From NCBI RefSeq assembly GCF_032062105.1, contig NW_026937907.1:1-64000 (forward strand): a stretch of DNA of 64,000 bases. The letters are read 5' to 3'. Below, piece after piece: positions 30,721 to 44,000 of this stretch. This stretch comes from Saccostrea cucullata. Taxonomy: Eukaryota. The notes under the pieces were generated by a model, which was not told where the DNA came from, ran no database searches, and saw only the letters and a program-made list of their open reading frames with translations. Made by a program: the position numbers and the translations under genes. How positions within the stretch are numbered: the stretch's first letter is position 1; every line of letters begins with the position of its first letter.

Positions 30721-32582
30721 TGGAAACAGTCGTTGCTTTAAAGTAGACATCAGTGACTGGACCTGAACATGTTCCGAATTTTATTTAAAGGAATGTTTTA
30801 ATGCTAACCACGACACAACGACTTCTCCCTTGAAATTAATGAGATTATGAAAAAAAAACTTTGGTCAACGCGAGTTTAAGGAAAATTTTGACTTTGCGAA
30901 AAAAAAGTAATTACAGAAAAAAATTGTTTTGTAAAAATACTGTGTCAAAAATTGTTACAGATACAGAAATGTTTTAAGAATTTTTTAGTCTTCTGATTCT
31001 AACACATTTTAGGTTTCAGTTGATCAATAAAGTAAATATTGGCAACCTATAACAATTTAACTTTTGATTTGTTTCAAACTGATCCCCGTGAAAGCGAGTC
31101 CTCAGTAGTCAGTAGCCACAGAGACGATCCCTAAAGCTCCACATTAGGTGTAAAATCCAGTGTGATAGAGTTAAGCTATTTATGCAATGAGTTGTAGAGA
31201 AAAATGAAAAGAACATCCGGTTCAAATAATTTTAATGACAAGGAAGTTATGTACAAACAGATCACTGCAGTGGTTCTACATGTGATTGTAGAATGACCAA
31301 GAAAGTCACGACCTCAGCGATATCGTTTTGGAATTTAAAAAAATGAAAATCCTCATGGAAATTATTTTCAGCTGTATTTTTATTTTTTACACTTTATTGT
31401 ACATAAACACGTTCACCATGCGCACACAATTACAATATGCATGCGGCGGGTAGATCATAGTGGCGTAAATAGAAGATTATTAGAAAAAATTAATTTCAAT
31501 TTTTGCTTGGACAGAGGTAAATTGACCTTAAAAGTTATCCAGTTCACCAATACAAGGACAAGTATTCGGTCAGATTGGCATATTTGTACTCGAACTTGTC
31601 AAATGAGCCATCGCCCATCTTATCGGCTGAGGGGTTAAGATTTTATAATAGCTTTCGATACAAACAAAAAGATCAACCCGTTATGATTTGATAAGGGTTA
31701 CGGCATATTGTGCAAAGGTGGACAAAACATTCAAAATTCTACCAAAAAACGAAGACAACTAATTCAAAACACAAATCATATTTCTAATTCTTTAGAAAAA
31801 ATAAAGAAAAAAAATCATTTTATATTAAATATATGATCATAAAAATTGTTTTAGATGCGACCTATATAAGAATTAAAAATACTTAAAATTTAAATAGCGT
31901 ACATAAAAAAATTATGTTAGAAAAAAAATGCAACTCACATAATGAAGTAACTTGATCAGAGCTTGAAGCAGATCGACAACATTTCTTTGTGTGTTATATT
32001 TCATTCAAAGAAGAAGTGCATTTCAAAATGTTTAGAATACTTTCCTTATGAACAAAGGTATCATGATAGAAAAGTCGAAGTCGTGATAGGACATAAAATA
32101 GAAAACACCATACTACAGTCATAGCAAGACAAAACAGATATTAATTTTAGAATCATGTGTGCAGTTTGTTTTTTCGCTATGAGTTATACATAGCACATTT
32201 CCGGAGCGTCTACGTCACGCTGTTGTCCCCAGGACTTAAGTCCGCAGCTCGTGTCCAAGGGCTTCATGACGAAAGGCCTTAGTCGGGAATGCACTGTTAT
32301 GGAAATTGGAACCCAAACAAACACAAACAAACTTCGTGGACAGACAAACAGGATCCTTATTTTAATGGATTTTGGGTGTGCTGCTCTCCTTCAAAAGTCT
32401 TCGAACTTTCACCAGCCAGTCACAAAAAAGTTGTTGGGCTTAACATTCATTTTGAGGAATCTATGTGATGGTTTAACAGGAATAACGGTGCTCAGTTCCA
32501 AAGTGATATTTTTTCTTTACTGTGTTCATACCTATAGTTACTTAATTAGACTGTGATTCAAAGAACTTCATCACCAAAAAAT

Positions 32583-35500
32583 ATGTATTTTTATATTTAT
32601 GTTTCAATACTCCTTGGTAAGTAATTATAAAAATTATTGCGTTTCGTATGCTCAATTAATTTGCTCAATTTCATTTTTTAAGTGCTTCTTAGTTTGAATG
32701 GATAAAAGAATGTTTTTGAATTTGCCGTTTTTTTATAAATAAAATAAAAATGTATTAATATTCTATTTTTCATCAGCCATCTTTCTACCAGACTCTTTAC
32801 AATCACGTAAGTATTTGAAAAAAAAAAAAAACAAGAAAAAAAAACGGGTTACCTAATATCAATTACTGTTTGTATAATTTGCCTAAACTTTAAATACTGT
32901 ATATCTTAATTATTATATGTATATTTTTTTCATTAACTTGGAAGAAAGCAAATTTATTTGTGAGAACCAATCGGACAACCTTTCCTGTTCAAACAATGAC
33001 GTCATCACAATCCGCTCTATAAATTTTGGAAGAACAAGTCCGACTGTTTGCGGAAATGACCCTAATACTTATTGCTACTCCTCTGGAAAGGTAACCGGAA
33101 ATGTTGCTAGGAACTGCAATAACAAAAACTCGTGTCAACTGACGGCATCATCCTCAAGTTTGGGGGAAAATCCTTGTTCTGGGACACTGAAGTACTTGGA
33201 CATCCAATATGACTGTAATCCACCACCTACAACCACCACCACCACTACCACTACCACAACCACCACCACCACCGCCCCTCCAACCACACAACCACAGTCA
33301 ACCTCCCAACAGTCGGCTTCTATATCAAGTCCAAATGCTGGTACCAATAAGTCTTATACCATTTTCATCAGTTGCTTTTTTTTTTAAATGTTCAGAAGAA
33401 ATGAATTGCATTCATTCAAAGTTCCTCTCAGGAAAAATAAATTTAGGAAGTTCGACTGCATTTTGTATCAATTTGTAATGGGATAATGAACTTCATCTAC
33501 AGCTGGGCCACAGGTTTGTCACGAGTTCCTGGTATCAGGCACCAACGGAATACCCGATAATAAGTTGACAGCTACAAGCACGTGGTCCAACTCTTCTAAC
33601 CAAGACGGCAAGCCGTACCGGGCGAGACTCTTCAATTCGGGATTTAATTTCGGGAACGGAACGTATCTTATTGGAGGATGGGTAGCAGGAGTCAACGACA
33701 AGAATCAGTATATTCAGGTATTTATTTTGGGTTTACACTTTGTCGAATAAGCCACATTGTTATCCGCCAATAAGATACTTAAAATCACAACATCATAAAC
33801 TTCAAGCAATTTTTGATGTTCATAGATGAAATCATTTGATTTTCAATTTGATTTTATTTGTATTGTGGTAGATTTCTTTTTTTTTTCTTCGAGAATATTG
33901 TATTTAGTATGTAAGAGAATGTTGGACCATGAGCAAAGTACTACTACTACTTTCCTTAATGACGTCTTGTATAGGTGTTTTGATGGGTTGCTAAGCTTTC
34001 GGAGCCACTAATTTTTCCTTCTCTCCCGGATGTATATATATGTACTTTCGGATGCTTTATTTCCTTTGTTCATACAGGCAGAGTTTAATTCCATTAGCGT
34101 CATCAGAGGTGTGGTGACACAGGGCCGCAATGTCAACACCCAGGACCGTTGCTGCCATCAAAAGGTCACCAAATACAAGGTCATGTACAGTGTGGATGGG
34201 GTCACATATCAAACTGTCAAAGATCACAACGGAAATGACGTAGTAAGAATTATTCCGCTATTTACCCATCATCTGACTTGAACTGGTACTGGAAACAATG
34301 GTTAGAAGTTATGAGATCTTTGATATTGTAGGTGTACATTGGAAATACCAAAGACGAGGAACTGGAGATGACAAACATGTTTGGATGTCCAATTATAGCC
34401 AAATATCTTCGCATTCAGCCTCTAGAATGGTCATCCCACATCGCACTCAGATTTGACGCTATTGGATGTAGAGCTACAACAGGTGTGCAACAATAATTAC
34501 TGCAACCGAATTCTTTAATTTTTTTTTCATTTTTTAAAATATTTTTTTTTCTCATCTCTTAATAAAGATACATTATTATGTAATATCTAGTGGAGTGGTC
34601 AATATATAAATAATGCAAAATAATAAATACACTTTTATTCGTCAATGATTTGAATAATTATACATTGTAGATCCATATGGACAGTGTCCACAAGGCTGGA
34701 AGGAAAGACCGGGATCCAAAACCTGTTACTTGATAACGACCAACCAGGCCCTAGGATGGAGACAGGCTAGACAGCGCTGTAAGCAGCAGCAGGGAGATCT
34801 GGTCAAGATAGATTCCGTCCAAGAAAGGGTATATTCTATAAGAGTGAATGCACTTAATTATAACCTGAGTTTTGACCTCTGACATTTACCATCAGCATAT
34901 GGTGATATTACGTACGGATTATCGATAACTTTCACAAAGCAGCAGACTGAATTTACTCACAATTTTTCGACTTTTTTTGCGGTGGAAGTTTCTCCACAAT
35001 GACTTAAAAGATACAATGAAGCGTATTGAAGTGGTAAAATTTTAATATTTTCCGTTTGAATGAAAAGTTTTCATTGAACTATATGTAGAACGTTGATTTA
35101 AGGAATCACTGTCTTGTTACCCCACGTTTCCAACTATCGTTAATGTCTCTGGCATGCTCTACTAATAAGACAGTGATTCCTTATATTTCCATTTCATCGT
35201 GAAATAAACTTGTAAATTTAGATTTTAAAAATGTAGACAAGAAAATTTAAATTGCACGAGTCAATTTCAATAATCCCCGCCCACAGAAGTCAAACTCAAA
35301 GAGAGCCGCACGAGATTTACATGCATATTAGGAAATCAACTCAACTAACTTTCAAAGAGTTATCACAGAGAAATCAAATAGAAATGGAAATTACCAATTT
35401 GTCATATAATGGCACAACCATTTCTTCAGAAAGGAAAAAAATCGATCAAATGGTTCATTCGAATACCTGTAGAACAGTTATTCCAAAAATATAATATCCA

Positions 35501-37582
35501 ATCAATAAGCACATGTTCGACCGATGCATGCGTTATGGTAACTCCAATAAACATGATAAAATCATTATGTACAAATTTGTTGCAGTACGTGTTTTACAGA
35601 AGCAAGGACTATCAAAATATCACTTAAAATCTCATTTCATTGTGACTCATGTTGCTAGTCGCAAGGAAAGTGGTATCCTAAAGCATTACGACGAATATTT
35701 TTTTCCCGTTTCTAAAGAAATGGGCGTGTTATTATGTACCAACTGACGTTCGATCAGAAACACCCAAACTCTCTATTCAAACGAAAAGTTTAACCACTTC
35801 AATGCGCTTTTCATCAATCAATCCATAACGTGTCCACATTCGTACATACTTATTTACTTAATCCTCTTCGTGCTGGTTAGCACATAAGGCCGTCACTAGA
35901 GAATTCTTGATGACCTGTCTTGTGTCCATCTTTGGATCTGTCCTCATGTCCAGTGACTCCAGTTGTTTTCTTTTATCTCTTTCCCTACAGATCTTTTCCG
36001 TGTCTCTTTTGGTCTTTCTCTCTTTCTCTTACCAGATGGTGTCCATCTCAATGCAACCCTTGGGATGGAATTTGAGTGCATTCTACATATATGTCCTACC
36101 CACCTCCATTTTCTTTTCTTTATAACTTGGGATAGAGGAGTGGTGTTAGTCTTTTTGTACAGCTTTTCATTTGAGATGGTATTAGGTCAGAAGATGCGTA
36201 AGATTCTTCGAAGGCAACGTGTCTGGTAGGCATCTAGCTTGTTTGAAATGGTTTTTTGTAATTAACTTTCCATGCTTCAGCACCATATAAGAAGACCTCA
36301 AGCTTGTTGCTCTTGAGAATCCTGATTTTGGTCTTCTTGCTGATCTTTACACACATTCGTACATATGAAATATTTATTCAGCAACTTAAAAATATTATCC
36401 GGTACATAGTTCTTTATATTCCAATACAGGATTGGCTCATTCAAGAAATAAAACAGAAGTCGTTTTCACAAGTTTGGATTGGTCTAAATAACCTTCCAAG
36501 GCGGGATAACAAAAATTACCATTGGACGGATGGGTCCTCTCTGGATACAAATATTGTGTAAGCATGATACTAAATCAGTACATCTTACTGATTTCAACAC
36601 TCATCCTTCAAAAAATTCACCAACAATACATTTGAGAATCTGGATAATCTTAATTTTACATTCTTTAGACCATGGAAGAGTGGGAATCCGGACAACTACC
36701 TACAGATGGAACACTGTGGCGAGTTCTCTAACGCGGAACTGAACGATATAGACTGTAATTCCAAAATCAATTTCATCTGCGAGAAACCTAAGTGTAAGAT
36801 TTGTCTGCAATTAATTTCTTTCCAACATAGAATATATTTCATGTTGTTTAGGTAAAACTATGAAACCTTCGACACTTTCTATAAGGTTCCGACTGACAAA
36901 ATTATGTGATCAATTTTAGTTTGGAAAAACCCAGCCACAGCCACCACCCAGGCACCACCAAATAGCCAGACCACCACGAACAGTGCTGGTTCCAGTCAAA
37001 GCACGGGGTCCTCTGTCACAATTCTCTCTCCCACAAAGCCAACAACACTAAAACCATCCACTCGTAAGTTATCCATTTTCTTAAAGTTTAACCAAAATAT
37101 GATATGTCTGACTTTGTGACGTTAACAGTAATTATTTTAATTTTCAATTTTTGCAGAAACCAAAGTCATTCCAACGCTACCCGGAGCTAAGGTCGTCAAT
37201 GGAATAATGTTCACAAGTAAGAATTTTCCCCGTAAAACATACCCTCTTTGAGTGTATAAACGTCACTCTGCAATTTCTATATTATTGATAGATATTCGAT
37301 CAATCAGAATTCAACCAAGAACAATCAAGAAATCGGTCAAATAATCAAGAACATGCAGATATAATAAGGAAAAAATAATATTTTTTAGCCGGTTGCGGTT
37401 CTAAGAATGACTGCTACAATCTCGGGATCGGGGATCATCAGTACTGCCAAGATTGCCATAGTTACCTTACATGCGCTCCTAGTGGTGTCTTTGTCAGACC
37501 TTGTCCTGCCAATTTGGAATTCGACAACAACCTCCAGGCATGTGTGGCTAGGTCTTGGACATGCAAGAGAGTGGCAGGATAG
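32583..37582 (+). CDS. Secreted mosaic lectin: signal peptide, SUEL/rhamnose-binding lectin, poly-Thr linker, F5/8 type C, C-type lectin, Ser/Thr/Pro linker, chitin-binding type 2; exons about 32583-32616, 32777-32806, 32945-33340, 33503-33717, 34078-34242, 34332-34482, 34671-34828, 36430-36557, 36669-36792, 36920-37063, 37157-37216, 37389-37582
   Basis: SUEL: CE...NFGR...C...GENPCSGTLKYL..YDC. F5/8C: GWVAG...QYIQ...GVVTQGR...IALRFDAIGC. CTLD: CPQGW...CY...WIGL...WTDGS...FICEK. Chitin-binding: DCHSYLTC...CPANLEFDNNLQAC. Confidence 0.87.
35099..35184. repeat. Short hairpin/MITE-like element
   Basis: TAAGGAATCACTGTCTT ... AAGACAGTGATTCCTTA inverted arms. Confidence 0.65.
35845..36345 (-). mobile_element. 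3' fragment of an RTE-clade LINE in a lectin-gene intron
   Basis: Minus strand encodes CLRRILRIF*PNTISNE...WRWVGH...PRVALRWTPSGKRK...RPK, typical of the RTE C-terminus, followed by a short TAAG-like tail. Confidence 0.8.
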
Positions 37583-40153
37583 ATAAATTAAAAAGAAAAT
37601 CAAATATTTTTTATCTAAGGAATACATTTTTGAGGTTGTGCTTCTGTGTTTTATAATTTATATATAGACAATATTTGTACAATAACATTCCCCTTGCTAA
37701 AAATCCTATAGGGCTGTTTTTCCCTTGTTTTTATATTGTAATTCGAATTCATTGAAAATAAATTGTTTTGAAGGAAATTTTTTCCTTATTTTTGAGTAAA
37801 TTTTGAGTGTTTAACAATTGCAATGTAAAGAGGGAAAGATGATTGTAAACTGTCCAATCTTAAAGTAAATCCGTCATACAACATGTAATATACTAGCCCT
37901 GTTCAATAAATAATGTCCTGAGCTCTATGACATACAATATAGAAATCATATGACATTAAGCTTGACTTTCTTTCATGGTTGAATCTTTAATGAATAATTG
38001 GTTACAGTTTATGCGACCACTTTTCATCACATAGTTTCATTGTGAGAAGCTGGAATCAAGGGCTATTCGAGACACTTCATTAAAAATGAATGGTAAAGAA
38101 TCAGTAAACAAGAGTGAAAGTAAACGCTTCAGTAAAACTGCAATAAAACTCTTTAAGAATCCCAAAGAAGTATATACTGAAATACATGAATGTTAAATTT
38201 ACAGCAAACAATGTCTGTTTTATAGACACATGTGCAGGTGGATTTCAATAAAAAATGATAAAATGAGCATAAAAAATGGGTTCCGTCCTTGGCGACAAAA
38301 ACTCATAACAACCAATGTACAGTTTGCCAAAATTCAACAAATTATCACTGATTATGTTTGACTGACTTCAAGACACATAGCAAAATTGATAGGTAGGCAT
38401 CATTTTGGGGGTAGTTTACATTGTTTTAAAGAGACATTTGACAGTTAAAAAAGCTTACTCAATGGTCACCCTATGTTTTGAAGAATGAGTGAAAACGACA
38501 GCGTGTAAGAAAATCTAAACAATTATTTAAAAAAAATGAAAAACTGAAGTTATCCACGTTTGTCTAAAATTCAAACAGAGAGTGAAACTAGAATCCATTG
38601 CTTTAAACCCATAAAACAAATTTACAATAAGATGTATTTGACAAAAACAGTCAAGGTCTGAGAGGAGCAAAGAATTGCAAAAGCACAACAACAATTCATT
38701 TGCCATCATCTTAAATATTAGTAGTCATGTTGCTCAATTTTTTATTCGGGGAGGCAGTTTAATTTCTGGAGAAGTTTAGAAAGCAAATTTTTGAAAAAAA
38801 ATGGAAGGTTTATGAGAAGATGGAACCAAAATCAGGAATCCACACTACAATAAATTTCTTCATGTCAGCATCTAAACCCATACGCCATGAAGAGTAAAGT
38901 AATTTTTGGGATAAACAGATAGTTAATGTTTTGTCACACCAACAATATTCGCCAGCTCTTTCAACCTTTTCCAAACTTGAAAAAACACCTTTCAGAAAGA
39001 AGAAACAAGTCAAGGAAATCATAGGATTTTTGTGCCCTTCTGAGCACCGAGGACAATATTTATTTAACAGCCCTCGTATAATGTACATATTGGAACTTTT
39101 ATTTCACTCAAGGCCTCGTTTGAGGTATATAAATACAAAAACATAAAATTTGCAAATTCTAAACATATGTTACAAGCTTATAAAGTATGAATACTGGAAG
39201 AAACACATGTACAAGAGTTTTCAGGTGCTGGAAGATAAAAATATTATAATAGTTATATTTATTATTTAAAAACTGACACGAAAATTTCACAGTATTTACA
39301 ATATAAACATATTTATCATGACTATTTATGAGATTAAAACACAAATAGTATTTCTATTTTTGCATAAATCATCAATATCTATACCTTAAAATTAATAAAT
39401 AATGGAACTCATCACTCACTCCTCCCAAGTAACGCAGATCACAAATTCGTTCACCTCTTTCTATGCTTAAAAAAAGACACCCCCTAAAAAACAATTGGGA
39501 GTCTATGACTACCCCAAATACATGTATATTCATAAGTTCAATAGGTTAACAAACAAAAATTCTTCTTAAGTTTAAAAGTTTTATAAACACCGTGGCGAAT
39601 TATAATTATGTATTAGAATTTTCCATTCATTAATAAATATATTCGTATAGTATTTCTCCACATTTTCAGATAAATTGGCATAATCATATGGAGTAAAAAC
39701 ATCTTTACTAAAACAATGAATGAAACATTTGGAATGACAAATATCAGAAATGTCATAGAGTCTTCTAATTTACCTGTTGAAATGCATTTTATAAATCAAC
39801 TATTCCCACTTTCAAAGAAACTGACATGAGCAATCTCCCAAAATCTATACATGTTACAATTTGGAGTGTACTTGCTTAATAATTTACAAAATAACTTGCC
39901 ATGGTTGACTTTATGAGTACATATGTACATGACATTAAAATCTCCTTGTTCTTCTTCAGGAGGTACAGCAAATACAGGTGTCGTTTACTGATTTTTCTAT
40001 TTGAAAAATTAAAATAAATACACAACTATATTGTACTTATTTGAATTTTCAAATAAAAATCAATAAATGACATATGTTCTAGTATGTCATCTGTAAAAAG
40101 AAGTATACACACCTTAAAAATTCTTCAATATCAACATTATCAAAAAGTAAATA

Positions 40154-40476
40154 GAACTAGAGGTACTGTGAGCGATGAGCTCACTAAATGATACCCCCCG
40201 CCTCCCATATGGTTATAACTGGTGAAAAAGTCCATGTTTTCCTGTGGCCGGGAAACCCAAAATATGTGTCGGATCAAAAAGTAAAATAGGAGGTGCACAA
40301 TGGCAATATGTAATAAAGATTCTGTGGAAGTTGCATCAAATTTCATTCAGTGGTATGAGAGGAGTTGCGGATAAGAGATGGGTACCCCAAAGCGTAACAG
40401 ACGGACGGACAGACGTACAGACGGACGGAATTAACGATTACTATATACCCTCCCGCTTTTCAAGCGGGGGGTATAA
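40154..40476 (+). mobile_element. Non-autonomous Helitron/Helentron (HINE-like) element
   Basis: AACTAGAGGTACTGTGAGC start, (ACGG/ACAG)n microsatellite at 40398-40430, and 3' hairpin CCCTCCCGC-TTTTCAA-GCGGGGGG followed by TATAA. Confidence 0.7.
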
Positions 40477-41050
40477 AAAGGTTACAGACACCAGTAATGT
40501 CATTGTATGCATGAGACAAAAATTCTGTGAGGACACTAAACTAAACTGAAAATAATAATAGAAAAAGGTCTTTCCCTGATTTCCTTTATGAAGCATGATT
40601 TATTTACTTTATCAAGCTTTCGCTCGATATGAATGTATTTAGTTTCAAACGGAGTTCATTTTCAAGTTTAACACTTCCATATATTTATATATATATAGTA
40701 GTTGATATAGTCGAGGGTCGAAAGCTTTGCGTTCCCCTTAAATCCGCCACTTGATTATCTCTAAGAACCCGACCGTGTTAAAAGTTTACATAAACTTTGT
40801 ATACAGGTGAAAAGATTACATTTAATTAATATTTGAATATCTGTGCATAAAATGTTTTTATATTCATTATCTTTATAAAACAGCCTGTTTTTGTAAATAT
40901 TAACCATAGTGTTAAACTGATGAAATATCTGTTCTGGATGTCTGAATGTTCTAAATTATATTCTTATCAAAGTTTAAATACCTGATCTACATATATAAAT
41001 CTATGTTCACTTAGGTTATTTGTGAATTTCTGTTAAACATTTCAGACATC

Positions 41051-44000
41051 ATGGATTCTATACGAAATTTTGCGAAAACTCATTCTAAGGAGCTGGGGTT
41101 GACTGCTGTTGTTGGAATATCTCTCTTTATAGTCATTAAGAGGCGGAAGAAGCGAGCCAAGTGAGTATTGATAATAGTCCACATACCCTGAGATGGACAT
41201 ACTCTGATTCTAATTTACAGCGTTACAAAAAATGTAAAATAATTCCTAACTAGTTTGAACAATTGGACCACGAGTAGGAAGGTCATTTGTATTTGTCATT
41301 GTGACAAAATACTATTTCGGGTTTCATATCTTTACCTCAAGTTAACGATATCAGTGTATATTTGTTTAAGGTAAAGCATTTTCAACATTGTACCGTCTAT
41401 TTTTACAGGAGAGTTTACCCACCAAATACGATAGTCCATCACCAAATAGGAAGGGGAGCTTACGCGCCTAGCTTATCACCATTTTGTCTAAAATTAGAAA
41501 CTTATCTGCGGATGGCAAAAGTCCCATTTATGGTACATATACAAAACAAACAAAAAACAATATATCATATTATATGTAGATTAATCAATTACAAATTGAC
41601 AAAAAGGCTTGAGTGAAATGAAGGTAACTTACAGTAATCAGCTTAAAAGTCCTTATAAACATTACAAATCGGGAGCAGAGCAAACGGGGAAATCTAAAAC
41701 ACATCAGAGGTGGGATCAGATGCCATGGAGGAGTAAGCGTCCCTGTATACCAGTCACACTCGTCGTGTGCTCTTTGATATGATCGACAAAACGGGGAAAT
41801 ATACGTAGACAATATGTGGTGTGTAAATAATGGTATAACAATGTATAATGAAAATCGTCAATCAGCATATCATTCGAATTTATGATAGATTGTATTTGCT
41901 GACAAGTTAATTGTTTCGACCATAACACATGCGTATTTATGAATTCAAACGAGACTGTTGATATTTTTGTTCCATCAGTTTATTTATCAATGACTTGTCT
42001 CATTTTAGAAATTATTCGTCAGATCATGCTATTGCGTATTTTAAAAATGAACCTGGGAGACAGAACCCCAATATACAGGTGATAAAGGTTCATGTGTATA
42101 TTGCTAGATTAGTAAGTGGAATTAATGATAGAAAAGTTAAAATCATCACCTTTATCATAAAGTTTTGTTGTTAGGTTGTTTTTTCGTATAATATCCAAAG
42201 TTTAATATATATAAACATATCAATATATTGATTTTACCATAATTGTTAATTGAAAATACATAGTCGATATATAACAGGACACATTTGGTACCCATGAAAT
42301 ATACCTACGAATTGCTGGCAGACCTGATCTTAAAGACTACATAAAGTTTGTTAATCAGAAACTCAAGCATCTCTTAATAACAACGAAGAGTACTTGCGTG
42401 TACAATCAGAATGTTTTCTTAACAAAATAATTTTGCAAATGACTAGTGACAATGTAGGTCAATTAACAAGTTTTATTTTTATAAAAAAACCCAACATTTT
42501 ATCAAAATCCCGATTTATCAAATAAGCGTTCACTAATTAAACAATGCGAGAGTACCAAGACGTGTTGTCTTCTGTAATATTATTAAAAACCTAAATAAAG
42601 GATTTCTTCATAGCATACTTGATTGAAAGTTTAAGCTGAAACAAAATGCAAGAATGGCAAAAGTGCAATAGATTTGTTTATCGCGAAGGTTAAGATCAAC
42701 AAAATTCATATAAAATGAATGAAAAACAGATCAAGGTCAGTAATGGGTTTGGCATTCTTGGTATTTTACAAAAGCCTTGGTACCAATCAATATACATGTA
42801 TGAATAAAATCTAAAATTCCTACCTCTTACCTCTCCAGCATAGAAACCGTATAAAGAAAGTTTAGTACATGTATAGGATAAGTTAGAAAACGGCTGTGAG
42901 CTCTAGGTAGATATGCGCCTGATGGACAAAACGGGGAAAAATACGTAGACAATATGTGGTGTGTAAATAATTTCAGCATATCATTCGAATTTATGATAGA
43001 TTGTATTTGCTGACAAGTTAATTGTTTCGACCATAACACATGCGTATTTATGAATTCAAACGAGACTGTTGATATTTTTGTTCCATCAATTTATTTATCA
43101 ATGACTTGTCTCATTTTAGAAATTATTCGTCAGATCATGCTATTGCGTATTTTAAAAATAAACCTGGGAGACAGAACCCCAATATACAGGTGATAAAGGT
43201 TCATGTGTATATTGCTACATTAGTAAGGGGAATTAATGATAGAAAAGTTAAAATCATCACGTTTATCATAAAGTTTTGTTGTTAGGTTGTTTTTTCTAGT
43301 ATAATATCCAAAGTTGAAACAGTTGTATTACACCCTGTGGCATCTTTTATTACTTCACCGGGATATATATAGATTCGACATATCAATATATTGATTTTAC
43401 CATAATTGTTAATTGAAAATACATAGTCGATATATAACAGGACACATTTGGTACCCATGGAATATACCTACGAATTGCTGGCAGACCTGATCTTAAAGAC
43501 TACATAAAGTTTGTTAATCAGAAACTCAAGCATCTCTTAATAACAACGAAGAGTACTTGCGTGTACAATCAGAATGTTTTCTTAACAAAATAATTTTGCA
43601 AATGACTAGTGACAATGTAGGTCAATTAACAAGTTTTATTTTTATAAAAAAAAACAACAACATTTGATCAAAATCCCGATTTATCAAATAAGCGTTCACT
43701 AATTAAACAATGCGAGAGTACCAAGAACGTGTTGTCTTCTGTAATATTATTAAAAACCTAAATAAAGGATTTCTTCATAGCATACTTGATTGAAAGTTTA
43801 AGCTGAAACAAAATGCAAGAATGGCAAAAGTGCAATAGATTTGTTTATCGCGAAGGTTAAGATCAACAAAATTCATATAAAATGAATGAAAAACAGATCA
43901 AGGTCAGTAATGGGTTTGGCATTCTTGGTATTTTACAAAAGCCTTGGTACCAATCAATATACATGTATGAATAAAATCTAAAATTCCTACCTCTTACCTC

